64,000 nt of DNA, taken from NCBI GenBank assembly GCA_964036045.1, contig OZ038378.1, positions 181,970,001-182,034,000 on the forward strand, written 5' to 3'. Source of the DNA: Eutreptiella sp. 'Long Island Sound 2002'. Its lineage: Eukaryota; Protista; Euglenida. Shown in pieces: positions 48,045 through 58,484 of this stretch. The notes below the pieces were generated by a model. The model was not told the origin of the DNA, searched no databases, and worked only from the letters and a program-made list of their open reading frames with translations. Both the position numbers and the translations under genes were made by a program. Each line of letters opens with the position of its first letter. Positions within the stretch are counted from its first letter, which is position 1.

Positions 48045-49130
48045 ATGTGGCGGAGAGTGTCCGCCTTCGTCTTTGTGGCGCTGGGCCTTCTGGCCGCGTT
48101 GTCCCACGTCAGTCTGCGCCGCAGTCGCGGGGCGCGCCCCCGGCCCCCGGGTAGCCCCCCGCACCGGACCCCGCGTCCGACCGCCGGCGAACCGGAACCG
48201 CAGGCCGCGCGCGCCGCTGCAGCCGCGGCCGAACCGCGTGTCCTCCCCCGAACGACGGTGCAGACGGGCCGTTGGGTCGTGGTGGCCGCCATCCTGACGC
48301 CTGGGGCCCCGGCAGCGCAGGTGGGTCTCTTCGTGGCATCGGCGGTGGAGCACCTCGCGCCGTCTGTGGACGTGGTGCTGCTGACAGACCCCAGCGCTCG
48401 GGCTCAGTATCAGGCCTACCTGAACTCTGTCCCGCGCCCCAGCGCCGGCCCCCGGCTTTCTGCTTTTCCGGCGAACGGCGTGTGCGTGACGGAGCCCTGC
48501 GCCGAGCCTCTGGACACCCGGCGGTTTGCAGCGCACGCGCAGTTCTTGAGCCACTCCCCCGGGGCCTATGAGGCCGCGTTGCTGCTGAACGGCGGGGACG
48601 CCCACGTGCAGTCGGACCCCTTCCAGGCCCGCAGCCCCGCGCCCGGCGTTGCACTGTTCCCGGAGGCCATCCCCGTCGCAGATGCCGGGGTGTACCCCGC
48701 CCTGCGCGTCTGCTTTGCGACGCGCAGGCCCGGCCTCCCCAAGCGTGACGCCCTCAATGGCAAGGCCGTCATGGGTCATCCGGCTGCGCTCCTGAAGTTG
48801 CTCCGCGCGTACAACGACACGCTGTCGCGCGCGCGTGCGTGCCGCGCTGCAGCACCAAAGATCCTGCACAGCCTGGTGCTCCATTCCGTGGCCTACGCGC
48901 AGCCCCAGGCCGACCTTGGGCTCGCCGTCCTCGGCACTTCCGCGTCCCCTGTGGTCTCCCTCGCGCATTGGCCTTCCCGGACCCGCACATACGTTTGGAG
49001 TCCCAGCGCTCTTCAGGCGCTGAGGCGGTTTGGGCATACGCCGGCGGTGGTGCAGCACAGCGCGGAGCACCCCGCGCTGTTCTGCTACTGGCACCTTCGC
49101 CACGGCCTACCTCTGCCCCGTCACCCGCAG
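48045..49130 (+). CDS. Membrane-anchored GT-like/carbamoyltransferase fusion, exon 1 of 6 (975 aa total): signal anchor, stem, glycosyltransferase-like domain
   Basis: MWRRVSAFVFVALGLLAALSHV (basic residues then a hydrophobic run), a Pro/Arg-rich stem, then RRFAAHAQFL...YEAALLLNGGDAHVQSDPF and VVQHSAEHP. Donor ccgcag|gttgct, phase 0. Confidence 0.8.
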
Positions 49131-49415
49131 GTTGCTGTTTGGTGCTCATCGAGTGATAGGGTATTGCTATTGATTGCTCATGACGTGAGAGGTGTTGCCA
49201 TCGGGTGCTCATAAAGTGGCTGAACCAATTTTGTGTTGTTCTTACCTTGCCCCCCCCGTGTCCATCCCCCCCCCCCAGGGGGGGAACCGTCACTTGGCCC
49301 ATGAACAATAAGAAATCAATAGGAAATCACAGGCGCCGAAGACGCTGAAGAAAATTTTTAGTTGGGTTATACTAGAATTGGTTGGTCGGGAGTGGTGTAC
49401 GGTCCCCCCCCCCCA

Positions 49416-49449
49416 GGGGGGGAACCGTCACTTGGTGACGGTTCCCCCC
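49416..49449. repeat. Perfect 15-bp-stem hairpin within an intronic repeat (49245-49500)
   Basis: ggggggaaccgtcac-ttg-gtgacggttcccccc; the arm gggggaaccgtc also occurs at ~49279 and ~49456. Confidence 0.85.
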
Positions 49450-49626
49450 GGGATGGGGGGGGAACCGTCGTCCCTTGGGGGGGATGGACATGGGGGGGGG
49501 AAGGTACGGTGCTCGGGTGTTGCCATTCGGTGCTCTTAAGGGGATAGGGTGGCGTTATTCGGTGCTTGCAAAGTGATAGAATGTCGCTATTGGGTGCTCA
49601 TGCAGCGATGGGGTACTTTTTTTCAG

Positions 49627-49830
49627 GTCGTCGCTGCCTTGGGGCTCCCGCTGTTCGAGCATCTCGCCCAGCACCGCACCTCCCCGGGGGGCTGCCCGCG
49701 ACCAGTGCACGGCGGGCTCGTTTGCGGCCTGCCCGTTGGGTCGCGGCCCGGGTCTGCGTACAATCTGGCGATCTCTGCGGGGCCGCATGACTTCAACATC
49801 GCCGTCAGTGACGCCGATGGGCAGGTGCAG
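49627..49830 (+). CDS. Carbamoyltransferase fusion, exon 2
   Basis: Acceptor tttcag|gtc; AISAGPHDFNIAVSDADGQVQ resembles the family's N-terminal GIxxGxHDxxAAL..DG motif. Donor cag|gtattc; an alternative donor at 49824 is also in phase. Confidence 0.78.
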
Positions 49831-51890
49831 GTATTCGCTGCCGGGGCGCTATCTGGCGGGCAGGACCTGTTTTGCTTGCTGGGGGGCGTGTAGTTTGGCC
49901 CAAAACCGCCGTCGGTTGTCTCAGATCGGCCCTGATTAGCCTCCAGTTGGTGCCAAGTGAAGAGACCACTGTGGTCCCTCCGTGTGCCTAATTATGGGGC
50001 TGACTGCTGGACGGCTTGTCTAAGATACGGCCAGGTCCCAAATGAATACTCCCCTGGGTATGTTAGATGGCGTGTCTCGTGCGTGTCATTCAAACCTGCA
50101 GCATGGAAGCTGCAAAGCCATTTGTGTTGCATCCCTATTACCCATAACAAAGTGAATGGGAGCCAAAGGAGTGGAGGACAGTCCATCATAATCGAACCAA
50201 CATGACGTAGCAAGCAACCGAAAAAGCTGAAGCATCTTGGCCCAGAGGTGAATCCGACAATGGCTGTCACGCAGACAAATCCTTATCCAAACGCCCACCC
50301 GAACAAGCCTCCAAGCAGCCCAGACGTGCAGTATTGTTTCCCGTCTTCCCTTGGGCTGAGGCAAACATGCCAAATACACAATCAAACACATATTGTGTGC
50401 ACAACTGGTGCTTCGTCGTACATTGGGTGCGTGGTGTGCCCAAATGGTCAGATGGTCGCACTGCGCCCAAGGGAGCCCCTTTGTCTGCCATTGTCTGGGG
50501 GCGGCTTGCACATCCTCAAGGCGCCACAGGTCAGGCATAAGGCACACACACACACACCCTCCCCCTTGTGAAAGCACTGCCCAGGTCCACAAAAGCGACG
50601 GCCACGCAGGGTCATGTGCCCAGACCACGCCGTGCTTGCGCGGGGGAAGGAAGGGGCACAAATGGCGCTCGAACGTGGAGACCAATGGGCTGCGGCTGCT
50701 GGATGGACCCTGGTTGCTGGTACATGCTGGTGCCCATCACGCCATCGTATCGTGACCGCAAACACCATCGCCATAAAAGCAATGGTAGCACAGAGGTCCG
50801 GGTGCACGCAAGAAGACAGCGATGGCCGCCACCCTGCAGCATCACCACGGGAAACGTCTTCGTCACTGCAGCAGGTGGGCTGAGGAATCGCGATTCTGGG
50901 GCGTCCAGCACGCCACCAATGGTACCCCCTGGAAGCGTATCCCCTCTAGCTCGCGACGGTCACCCTGGACACCCTAGCTCATGGCATAGTCTGCCATGGC
51001 TCTTGGGAATCGAACTGCCGGCCATTCATCCGCGGCCCTGCTGCATGACCAGTGACACACGCACCTCCATAGGGAAAAGCGCGGTACCAGACCAATCCCC
51101 ACGCCGCACTTGAGAGACCTGTGCTAGACCCAGCGCCACCGTCGTTTTCCTGACTTTTGCCCGGGATCGAGACTGGGCAGGGGGGGGCAGTGGGAAGCTG
51201 CAAAATATTTACATACGGTGAATGGTACGGGATGGGGGAGGGGGAGAAGTTGGCCGCCAGCTGCCGTTGGCTGCCCAGCACTGAGGATATCCGACCACTG
51301 GTGCATGGGACGAAATGCTCTCTTTGTGTTGGCTTCTGGGTTGGTGGCCGGGCTGGTGGCTGGTTGGTGGGTGGGTGTTTGGCCGGGCTGTTGTACGCGG
51401 TGCTGATGGCGATGGTGGTGGCGAGGTTGTTGGGATGGGTCTCGGCTCGGAGGTGGTTGCAGTGAGGGGGATGGCAATGGTGAAGGTGATGGAGCTGGCG
51501 TTGCTGATGCCGACACCATTCACGGCATGCATATCCCGTGCACCCTTGTCTCACCGGTGAAAAAAGTTCCACCACGCCACCTTTATGCGGCGGGAGGACT
51601 CGTCCAATGCCACACGCCCCTGGGCAGCGGATCGGAAGTAGACTCAAGTTGGCTGGTTGCAGTGGCGATCGGTTATTCGCATTGCACCGCACCAGTGCCC
51701 CCGTGCGGCCCCACTGCCCCGCTCAAAGAGTCCGGGGCCCCAAGTGAAAGTCCATCCACCCCTCGGGCACCGACACCCCAGCGCTGCGGACAAGCCCCGC
51801 TTGCCTGCTCCTTCTCCATCTGGGGAGCCCCGAATCCCTCGGTCCATTGTCACGTGCCGTAGCGGCCGAACCACACGGCCTCGTTTGCAG

Positions 51891-52469
51891 GTGCACTTGG
51901 AGCTGGGGCATATTCTCGGGGGCAGCAAGAGCCTGGGGACCTGGAGCGGGGGCGGGGGCACGCGCTTCCACGGCTGGTGGCAGCGGCTGACAGCGCTGAT
52001 GGGGCCCTACACCGGGAACGCCACCGCCTCCTTCGGCGTGCTGGCGCTGGCCACCCACCAGCGCGCGGCCAACCTCGCCTTCCAGAACTGGGTCCGGCCT
52101 CGCGTGCCGCACCAGCAGTCGCTGCTGGTGCACCACCACCACGCTCACGCCTGCTACGCTTTCTTCGACTCCCCCTTCCTCGATGCCCTCATCCTGAGCG
52201 TCGACGGCGGCGGCGACGACGGGGCGTTCCGCGTGTTCGTGGGTTCCAAACGGGAGGGCGTCGTCGCACGGCTGGACGAGCCCCACCCGTCGCCTCTGGT
52301 GCTGGGGCAGGCCTACAAAGAGGCGGCCATGATCATGCCGGCCATTGCCTCCGAGTTCCTGCCCCAGTGCTCCAACTCCACCCTCTGCCTCAACGACGTC
52401 TCGCAGGAGTTGATGCATCTTGCCGCCTTAGGGACGACCCGCAAGGCGTGGGTGCCCCTCGTTACGCAG
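51891..52469 (+). CDS. Carbamoyltransferase fusion, exon 3 (Kae1-like domain)
   Basis: Acceptor ttgcag|gtg; VHHHHAHACYAFFDSPF and LILSVDGGGD are the NodU/CmcH HHxAH and DGxGD motifs. Donor cag|gtgcgc, phase 0. Confidence 0.9.
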
Positions 52470-52976
52470 GTGCGCCAGGATGGAGGGCCCCTCGAACACA
52501 GGGTCAACGGCGGTCCACCTCTCTTGGGCAAGTGCGCACGCCGATGGAGAGGGTGGCAATGCCGAGGCTAAAATCTGAAAAAAGATTCAATTTCTACTAA
52601 GAAAATGAACACTGCCAAAAAAGTCTAATATGTAATAAGCAAAAAAGTCTTTTTGTCCTTCAGTTATTGGTTTTACTTTCTAAAGCTAAATCGGTGTTCA
52701 GAAGTACGGCTACATACTGAGTTGTGCACTGGATGTGGAAGGTGGACCAGTAATTGATTGAGTGAGTGGGTGAGCGAGTGAGAAAGGGATACAAGTTGAA
52801 AGAAGTTCCTGTTCGGACGGGTTTTGTCATGGAGAGGGGCAGCTATTCACCTTTGCGCCCCCAAAAACGTATGTCAGTAAAATGTAAAGTTTTCTCGCCC
52901 GAAAAGCCACTTTCTCCTTTTACACAACCCTGTAGACTCCAACATGCCCCACCACGGCCCCCTCACATGTGCCCAG

Positions 52977-53148
52977 GTTCTGAAGGCGCCCACGCGGACC
53001 GCACAGCGGAAGCTGCTGATGCCTTTGGTTCCGAAGGTGAGGGAGAGCGTGCAGAGCGCGATGGACTACGCGCACACTGTGCAGCTGGTGCTGGAGCAGC
53101 TCGTGATCAGTCAGGCCGTGCGGCATATTGCCGCGGCAAATGCCACAG
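52977..53148 (+). CDS. Carbamoyltransferase fusion, exon 4
   Basis: Acceptor cccag|gtt; DYAHTVQLVLEQLV matches the family's D.AxxxQxxxE helix. Donor acag|gtgtgc, phase 1. Confidence 0.85.
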
Positions 53149-53400
53149 GTGTGCCTGCCATTAGAGAACCGCGGCAGAGGGCCGGGCTGCCCCCTCCCCG
53201 AACGCTGTGTCCCTATGGCTCGCAAAGGCTGTGGCCTCTGGACACCGTGTCTGGACGCCATGTCTTCGAGGGCATTGCACGGCTTTGGGATCGGGGATAT
53301 GCCTTCCTCCGGCCCTGAGGCGTTCTCGGATTGCCTCAGTTGAGGAGAGGCTCGGGCAGAAGCGAACCCGACGCTCCTGAGGACCAGCTGATTACGGCGC

Positions 53401-53600
53401 GCTGGGGCACTGGGGCACTGGGGCACTGGGGCACTGGGGCACTGGGGCACTGGGACACTGGGGCACTGGGGCACTGGGGCACTGGGGCACTGGGGCACTG
53501 GGGCACTGGGGCACTGGGACACTGGGGCACTGGGGCACTGGGGCACTGGGGCACTGGGGCACTGGGGCACTGGGGCACTGGGGCACTGGGACACTGGGGC
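53401..53600. repeat. (ggggcact)n 8-bp minisatellite in intron 4
   Basis: About 25 tandem units; source of the WGTGALGH/PVPQCPSA ORFs. Confidence 0.97.
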
Positions 53601-54407
53601 ATGACGCTCCACAGGGCGGAGCGGTCCAGACACGCAGTGCCCCCCGCCTCCCCTTTGCCATGGCCGGGCACAGGGCATGGGCTACTGCGGGGTTTTGCCC
53701 AAGTTTCGGGGGCTGGGGGAATGACGAGCACAAAAAACGGGGTGGGGGGCCCTTGGACCGCACCACAGCCAACAGGGGCTTGGCTGAGCCAGGCCCAGAT
53801 CTCGACCAATACTATGATCCTGACGGTTCTGCATAACCCCCCGGTCTCACTGTGGCTTCGGCGCAGGGCACTCAGGGCTCAGGACAGTGGCCCAGGGCCT
53901 GGGCACAGGGCAACGGCGCGGGCAGGGGCACAGGGCAGTGGCACAGCGCACTTTGACGATGTCGTACGGCGGATATTACCGAGTGGCACATGGGACAGGG
54001 CTGATTCCTCACGAAACTCAGCTCCCCTGCCGGACACTAGTGGCACGTCTGTTCTCCCCGTTCCCCCTCAGTTCTCCCCGTCCCCCACCGTTCCCCCCCG
54101 TTTCTCCACATTTACCTGCGGTTTCCCCAATATTTCCTGAGGTGTGTCTGATATAGTGTCTAGCGCCGACGGGCGATGTGAGCAGGCGATGGCATTGGCA
54201 TTGCATTCTCCTGGCCGTAAGCGCAATTTTTGCAATTTTTGTTGTCCGAGGCACAAGTGTGTGGCCGGGAAACGGGCGCACCGAGGCACTGAGACGTGAA
54301 GGTGTCACGCCGTTGGTCCGTTTGTGCAATACCCTTGGGATGTTGTGTGTTGGGGTGCCCGTCCGGCGCAACTCCCTCATTCCAAACTGCCTTCCATCGC
54401 ACTGCAG

Positions 54408-54883
54408 TCGGAGGGGTCTCCGGGATAGTTCTGACGGGCGGTACAGCGCTGAACGTGCGGCTCAGCCACGCCGTGTACAGTCATTTTCAGCTCCCGGTAC
54501 ACGTCCCGGCTGCTCCCCACGACGCAGGCCTCTCCCTGGGCATGTTATGGGCCGTGCAGCCGCCTCTGAGCGCCCCCGGCCACCCTTTTCTGGGGCTGCC
54601 GCTGCTGGACGCAGAAGGCCTGCCGGCGCACGTTGCGGCGCACGGCGCAACCCCTGTCGGTCCGGAAGGGATCGCCAAGCTGCTGCTCCAGGGACATATT
54701 GTGGGACTTGTCAGGGGCCGCATGGAGGTGGGCCTCAACGGACTGGGCCATCGCAGTATTTTGGCCATGCCCAACAACTCCACGACACGAGAGCGCATTT
54801 GTCGCCTGTTGGGGGTATCCGAACGGGGCTATCTTGGCGTTGCACTGCTGCAGTCTGCATTGCGCCTTGTCACTCAGGACAAG
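54408..54883 (+). CDS. Carbamoyltransferase fusion, exon 5
   Basis: Acceptor ctgcag|tc completes GTC (phase 1 match); LTGGTALNV, VPAAPHDAGLSLG and GRMEVGLNGLGHRSILA. Donor aag|gtatcc, phase 0. Confidence 0.9.
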
Positions 54884-55167
54884 GTATCCTGCGCCCTCTG
54901 TCCGCATGCCTTCCTGCCCATACACCAGGGCGCTCCTTCGTCATCTCGTTTTTTCTTTGTTCTTTTGTTTGCGCTCCTGAAACAACCGCTCAATCGCCGT
55001 CGGTTACCCTCCAATCGCCGTCGGTTACCGCCCGAAAACCACTGCGTGTGGGGTCACCCTTTTTCCTCTTTTTTTTTTTTTTGGATTGAGAGCACCCTAC
55101 CGTACGCCCTTGTACATTATGCTTGTGCCGATGTACACGTACACCCTTGTGGACTCTTCTCATGCAG

Positions 55168-55578
55168 GTCACATCTCCGTGCATGTCTTCGGTGGTGCTG
55201 GTGGACCCTGCTGCTCGGGGGCACTTCTCAGGGGCGGTGTTGCATGACGGTACGATGCTGGTACAGACAATACAGCGCACCTTCGATGACTATTTTCATG
55301 AGATTTTGGAAAGGGTCTCTGATCTTCGTGGTCCTTTGAGGTCCAAGCCGCACGCCAGCCCTATCAACAACGTTCCCTCGAAGCCAAATCATGCCGGAGA
55401 CCACCAATCCCACGCTACATTCCCTGCAGTTTTAAACGTGCCCTTCCGGCGGCGGACCGCAGGGCTGGCCACCCACGTGCACAAAGTGCTAGAATTTCTG
55501 ACACTCCCAACTGGGCCAGATTTTGTGGTCGTGGAGGGTTGGCTGTTCTCAAGAAGGGCCAATGCTGACCCCAACTGA
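55168..55578 (+). CDS. Carbamoyltransferase fusion, exon 6 (YrdC-like C-terminal part)
   Basis: Acceptor atgcag|gtc; SPCM, GAVLHDGTMLVQTI and AVLNVPF correspond to the family's SPFM, AVxHVDGTARxQT and LNTSFN motifs. Stop TGA at 55576-55578. Confidence 0.85.
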   Translation, partial: VTSPCMSSVVLVDPAARGHFSGAVLHDGTMLVQTIQRTFDDYFHEILERVSDLRGPLRSKPHASPINNVPSKPNHAGDHQSHATFPAVLNVPFRRRTAGLATHVHKVLEFLTLPTGPDFVVVEGWLFSRRANADPN

Positions 55579-56199
55579 ATACTGCCCTCCCTGTTGGCGT
55601 TAGCTAGACTGTGCGTGTGGCTGCCTCCAGGGCCCAACACGTTACCGAGACACAACAGATGTATTTGGGTGGTTATCTTGGTGATCATCGGGTGCCCACC
55701 GAGAAAAGTGCCCAGTGAACTCGAAGAGGAACCAGAGAGACACGAAGCCGATAATGATCGCTCAGTTGCCTTGGAGTGCTCAGAAACGGTGGACCACACA
55801 TGCAGCATTGTACGCCTCCTGTATCATTCATTGAACCTATCTTGAAAGCACCATGGAGAGCCAAACAACGCACTCATCGGGCGCTGAGACATGGTATCTT
55901 CAGACAGGGTGCAATTGGTGCAAGAACAAAAGTGACTCCATGACCTGTCGCGGAGGGACAGGATTGCATTTTCTGGGATGGGCGGAAAAGGTCCTGGGAA
56001 CCCGGTTTTTTTAGCCTGATTTAGGGCCAGGAGGGAGGGGATGAGGGTCCACGAGAGGCAGGGACGGGGCCCAGTGGGAAGGGCTGCTGGAATGAAATTT
56101 AAGCAAAAACCTGCTGCCCACGTATGTTCCCGTGGTTTTCTATGACCCAGCAGGGGCACGGCTGCTGCAGGGGCAGCATGTCGCTGCTCATCTTTTCTG

Positions 56200-58060
56200 T
56201 CTTTGGGGGTAACTATTCTGGGGGCTCTAAATCACTGGGTTTGCAACCCCCTCCTGAAACCTCTTCCTAACCCCGTTGAATATTCCACTCCAAAATGCCA
56301 TGTAGAGTGATGGGTCGTCATGAATTGAGCTGTGGGCAGTCAATGGGCACAGTCGTGGTAAAATCATGGTACCGGCAGAAGCTGCACGTCCAGCCATACC
56401 CATGACTTTGAAATTTATAGTGTATTTGTAGTGTGTGCAGTCGGAAGCGAGAAGCAATTGCAAAAGCAGGTTTTGGAGAGGCATGTCATTCTGTTTGATT
56501 CACAGGCCCGTGCAAGTCACACTCTGGTCCGCGCTGGACACCAACAATGCAATTAAGACGAACTCTGGATGCAAATTGGCAGCGCGTGTGAGGGAGAAGG
56601 AATCGGGGTGGCGCAGAAAATGATTAGCATGTTCATTCGGTCTGACCTGCTTACAGTCAGGTTCAGGCGGATGTGTTTCCGATGTTCCTCACATGGCAGT
56701 GCTACCCCCGGTGGGTTGGGGGGGTTGTGGCGTACTGCAAGCACACTGCTGCCTTCCACCACCTGCTGCATGAATATCCAAATTGCCACTCAATGGTACG
56801 AGCATCTGCACAACAATCTGTCTGTGCCTGCCTGGAAGATTTTCAATGAGAAATGGACGACAACATTGCATGCACGTGAATTTTGATTGGCAAAGCCAAT
56901 CGCTATTCGACCATTTACAGTGGAGGTGGCAACGCTTACTGCACGCTGCACCCTCCACTTGCACCATGTAAGTTCATGTGAGCTATTGTTTGCAACAATA
57001 ATGAGTACAATTTTTGTCTGCTCCAGCTGATAGAACGAGTCCACAGACTAGGATTGCATGGTGGGATTAGAGGGGTGGTGTGCAGCCACTGCAGATGTTG
57101 TTTCAAACCTGGCCAACCTCCCGATGCACATCACAGACCACCACCTCTCACATCTGCAGTCTATGCATACCCCGCCCAGGTTAAATGGGTGACATTGGAC
57201 CATTGCTGCCTGTGCTCATGAAACAGTGGGCTGGGCCTGTGCCACTAATCACCATGATTCCATCAAGTTCTTGAAGTTCTGATCAGTTCTTTTGGTAAAA
57301 AAAATCGCAGCAGCCCTTGACCCTCATAACCTTGCAGAAATCACAGCAATGCACGAAGAAGTTGACGAAATCCACTGATTTTTGCATGCTGTCGCCATAG
57401 GCACCCCCATGTGTTTATATGTTCTCATGGGCTTTGTCCAGCCCCCTTTTCTATGATCTGATGCCATCCCTGAAAAGTTCAGGGTGGCACTGACAGGGCG
57501 CAAAGCAGCAGACCAAATACAAACCACACACACCGCAACGTTCAGGCAATAATGCAGACAAGGTCACAATTCAAGAAAGAAAACTCAAGAATGGACCATT
57601 TCGTGTTTCTCCCCCTGACACGTCATTTCAGTGCACCAAGGCGCCAGCTCTGAAAACCGAGCTTTCCTGAAACAGGCTCTGCTGGACCTTCTGGTGACCT
57701 GATCCTGTTCTGGGTCAATCTGGAAAATCAGCCATGAATTGTGACCATTTTTTCGCAACAGCGAAAGTGTGTGCTAGCAGCTAGTGCCGCTTTTGTATCT
57801 GAGTATGTTTATTGTGAGATTAATGCAGGAAATACATCAAATTTGGTGTCAATTGTTTAATTTCCGAATCCAGTGATTTTGGATCACGCATGCAAACCGC
57901 CACAGTGCTTGAGAATTCAGCCTCTTTGGGCTGCTTCCACAAAGATTTTCTAACAACAAGGCATGCAGAAACAGCGGGATGCAAAAGAAAAACATTTTTT
58001 AACGGTGTTGCTGCACGGGACTCAGAAGCGAGCATCCCTGTTCGCAGCACTCCAGGCACC
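56200..58060 (-). mobile_element. Possible decayed pogo/Tc1-like DDE transposase
   Basis: Minus-strand remnants in the expected order: CIWSAALRP..., GGWTKP (GWMT-like) and KIVLIIVANNSSHE (~57014-56975; LLxLDNxSSH-like). Heavily disrupted. Confidence 0.3.
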
Positions 58061-58484
58061 TCAGCTATTTACAAATACTTTGTGCAGGGGACTTAAGTAG
58101 CCCATTGCATCACTCAATGTCAATTTCAAAGAACAGCACAATGCCATTGTGGCCCAAATGTGGCGAAATATTATTTCCGTCATTTGTATCTATGGGGCAT
58201 CAGGGTTGGCATAATAATGGGATGCAGGGTGTGTTTTTTTTTCGACAAAAAGGCCGTAGAAAGGAGGCACTGCATGAAGTTAGCGGCAAAAAATGGGTCA
58301 AAAAATGTACATACGTTTTCAGAAGGAAAGGAAAAAGGTGAAAATGGTGAATGTTAGTCGATGATTGTTTAAGGCTCTCCGGCTTGGTGTTTTCAACAAG
58401 GAGTGGTGAGGGTAGGGCTCCTCTATTTCCATTCCCTGCTTTGAAACAGGCTGCTCCGCAAAGCATTTGCTTGATTGTTTGTTG

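Noticed and set aside
47973-49103. 376-aa minus-strand ORF, with similar antisense ORFs at 51723-52418 and 31722-32858
   Set aside because: Shadow frames of GC-rich sense coding sequence, with no recognisable motifs.
49831-49893. Extension of carbamoyltransferase exon 2 to the in-frame stop, or a non-canonical intron
   Set aside because: A good GT donor at 49831 joins in phase to exon 3 and restores the DG..V..xEL pattern; no non-GT-AG intron was needed in any of the three genes.
52920-54140. ORFs with WGTGALGH / PVPQCPSA repeats
   Set aside because: Translations of the (ggggcact)n minisatellite inside intron 4.
34144-55578. Bacterial contaminant or operon (zeta toxin plus carbamoyltransferase)
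   Set aside because: Both genes have multiple phase-consistent spliceosomal introns filled with host repeats. Ancient horizontal transfer remains possible but cannot be shown here.
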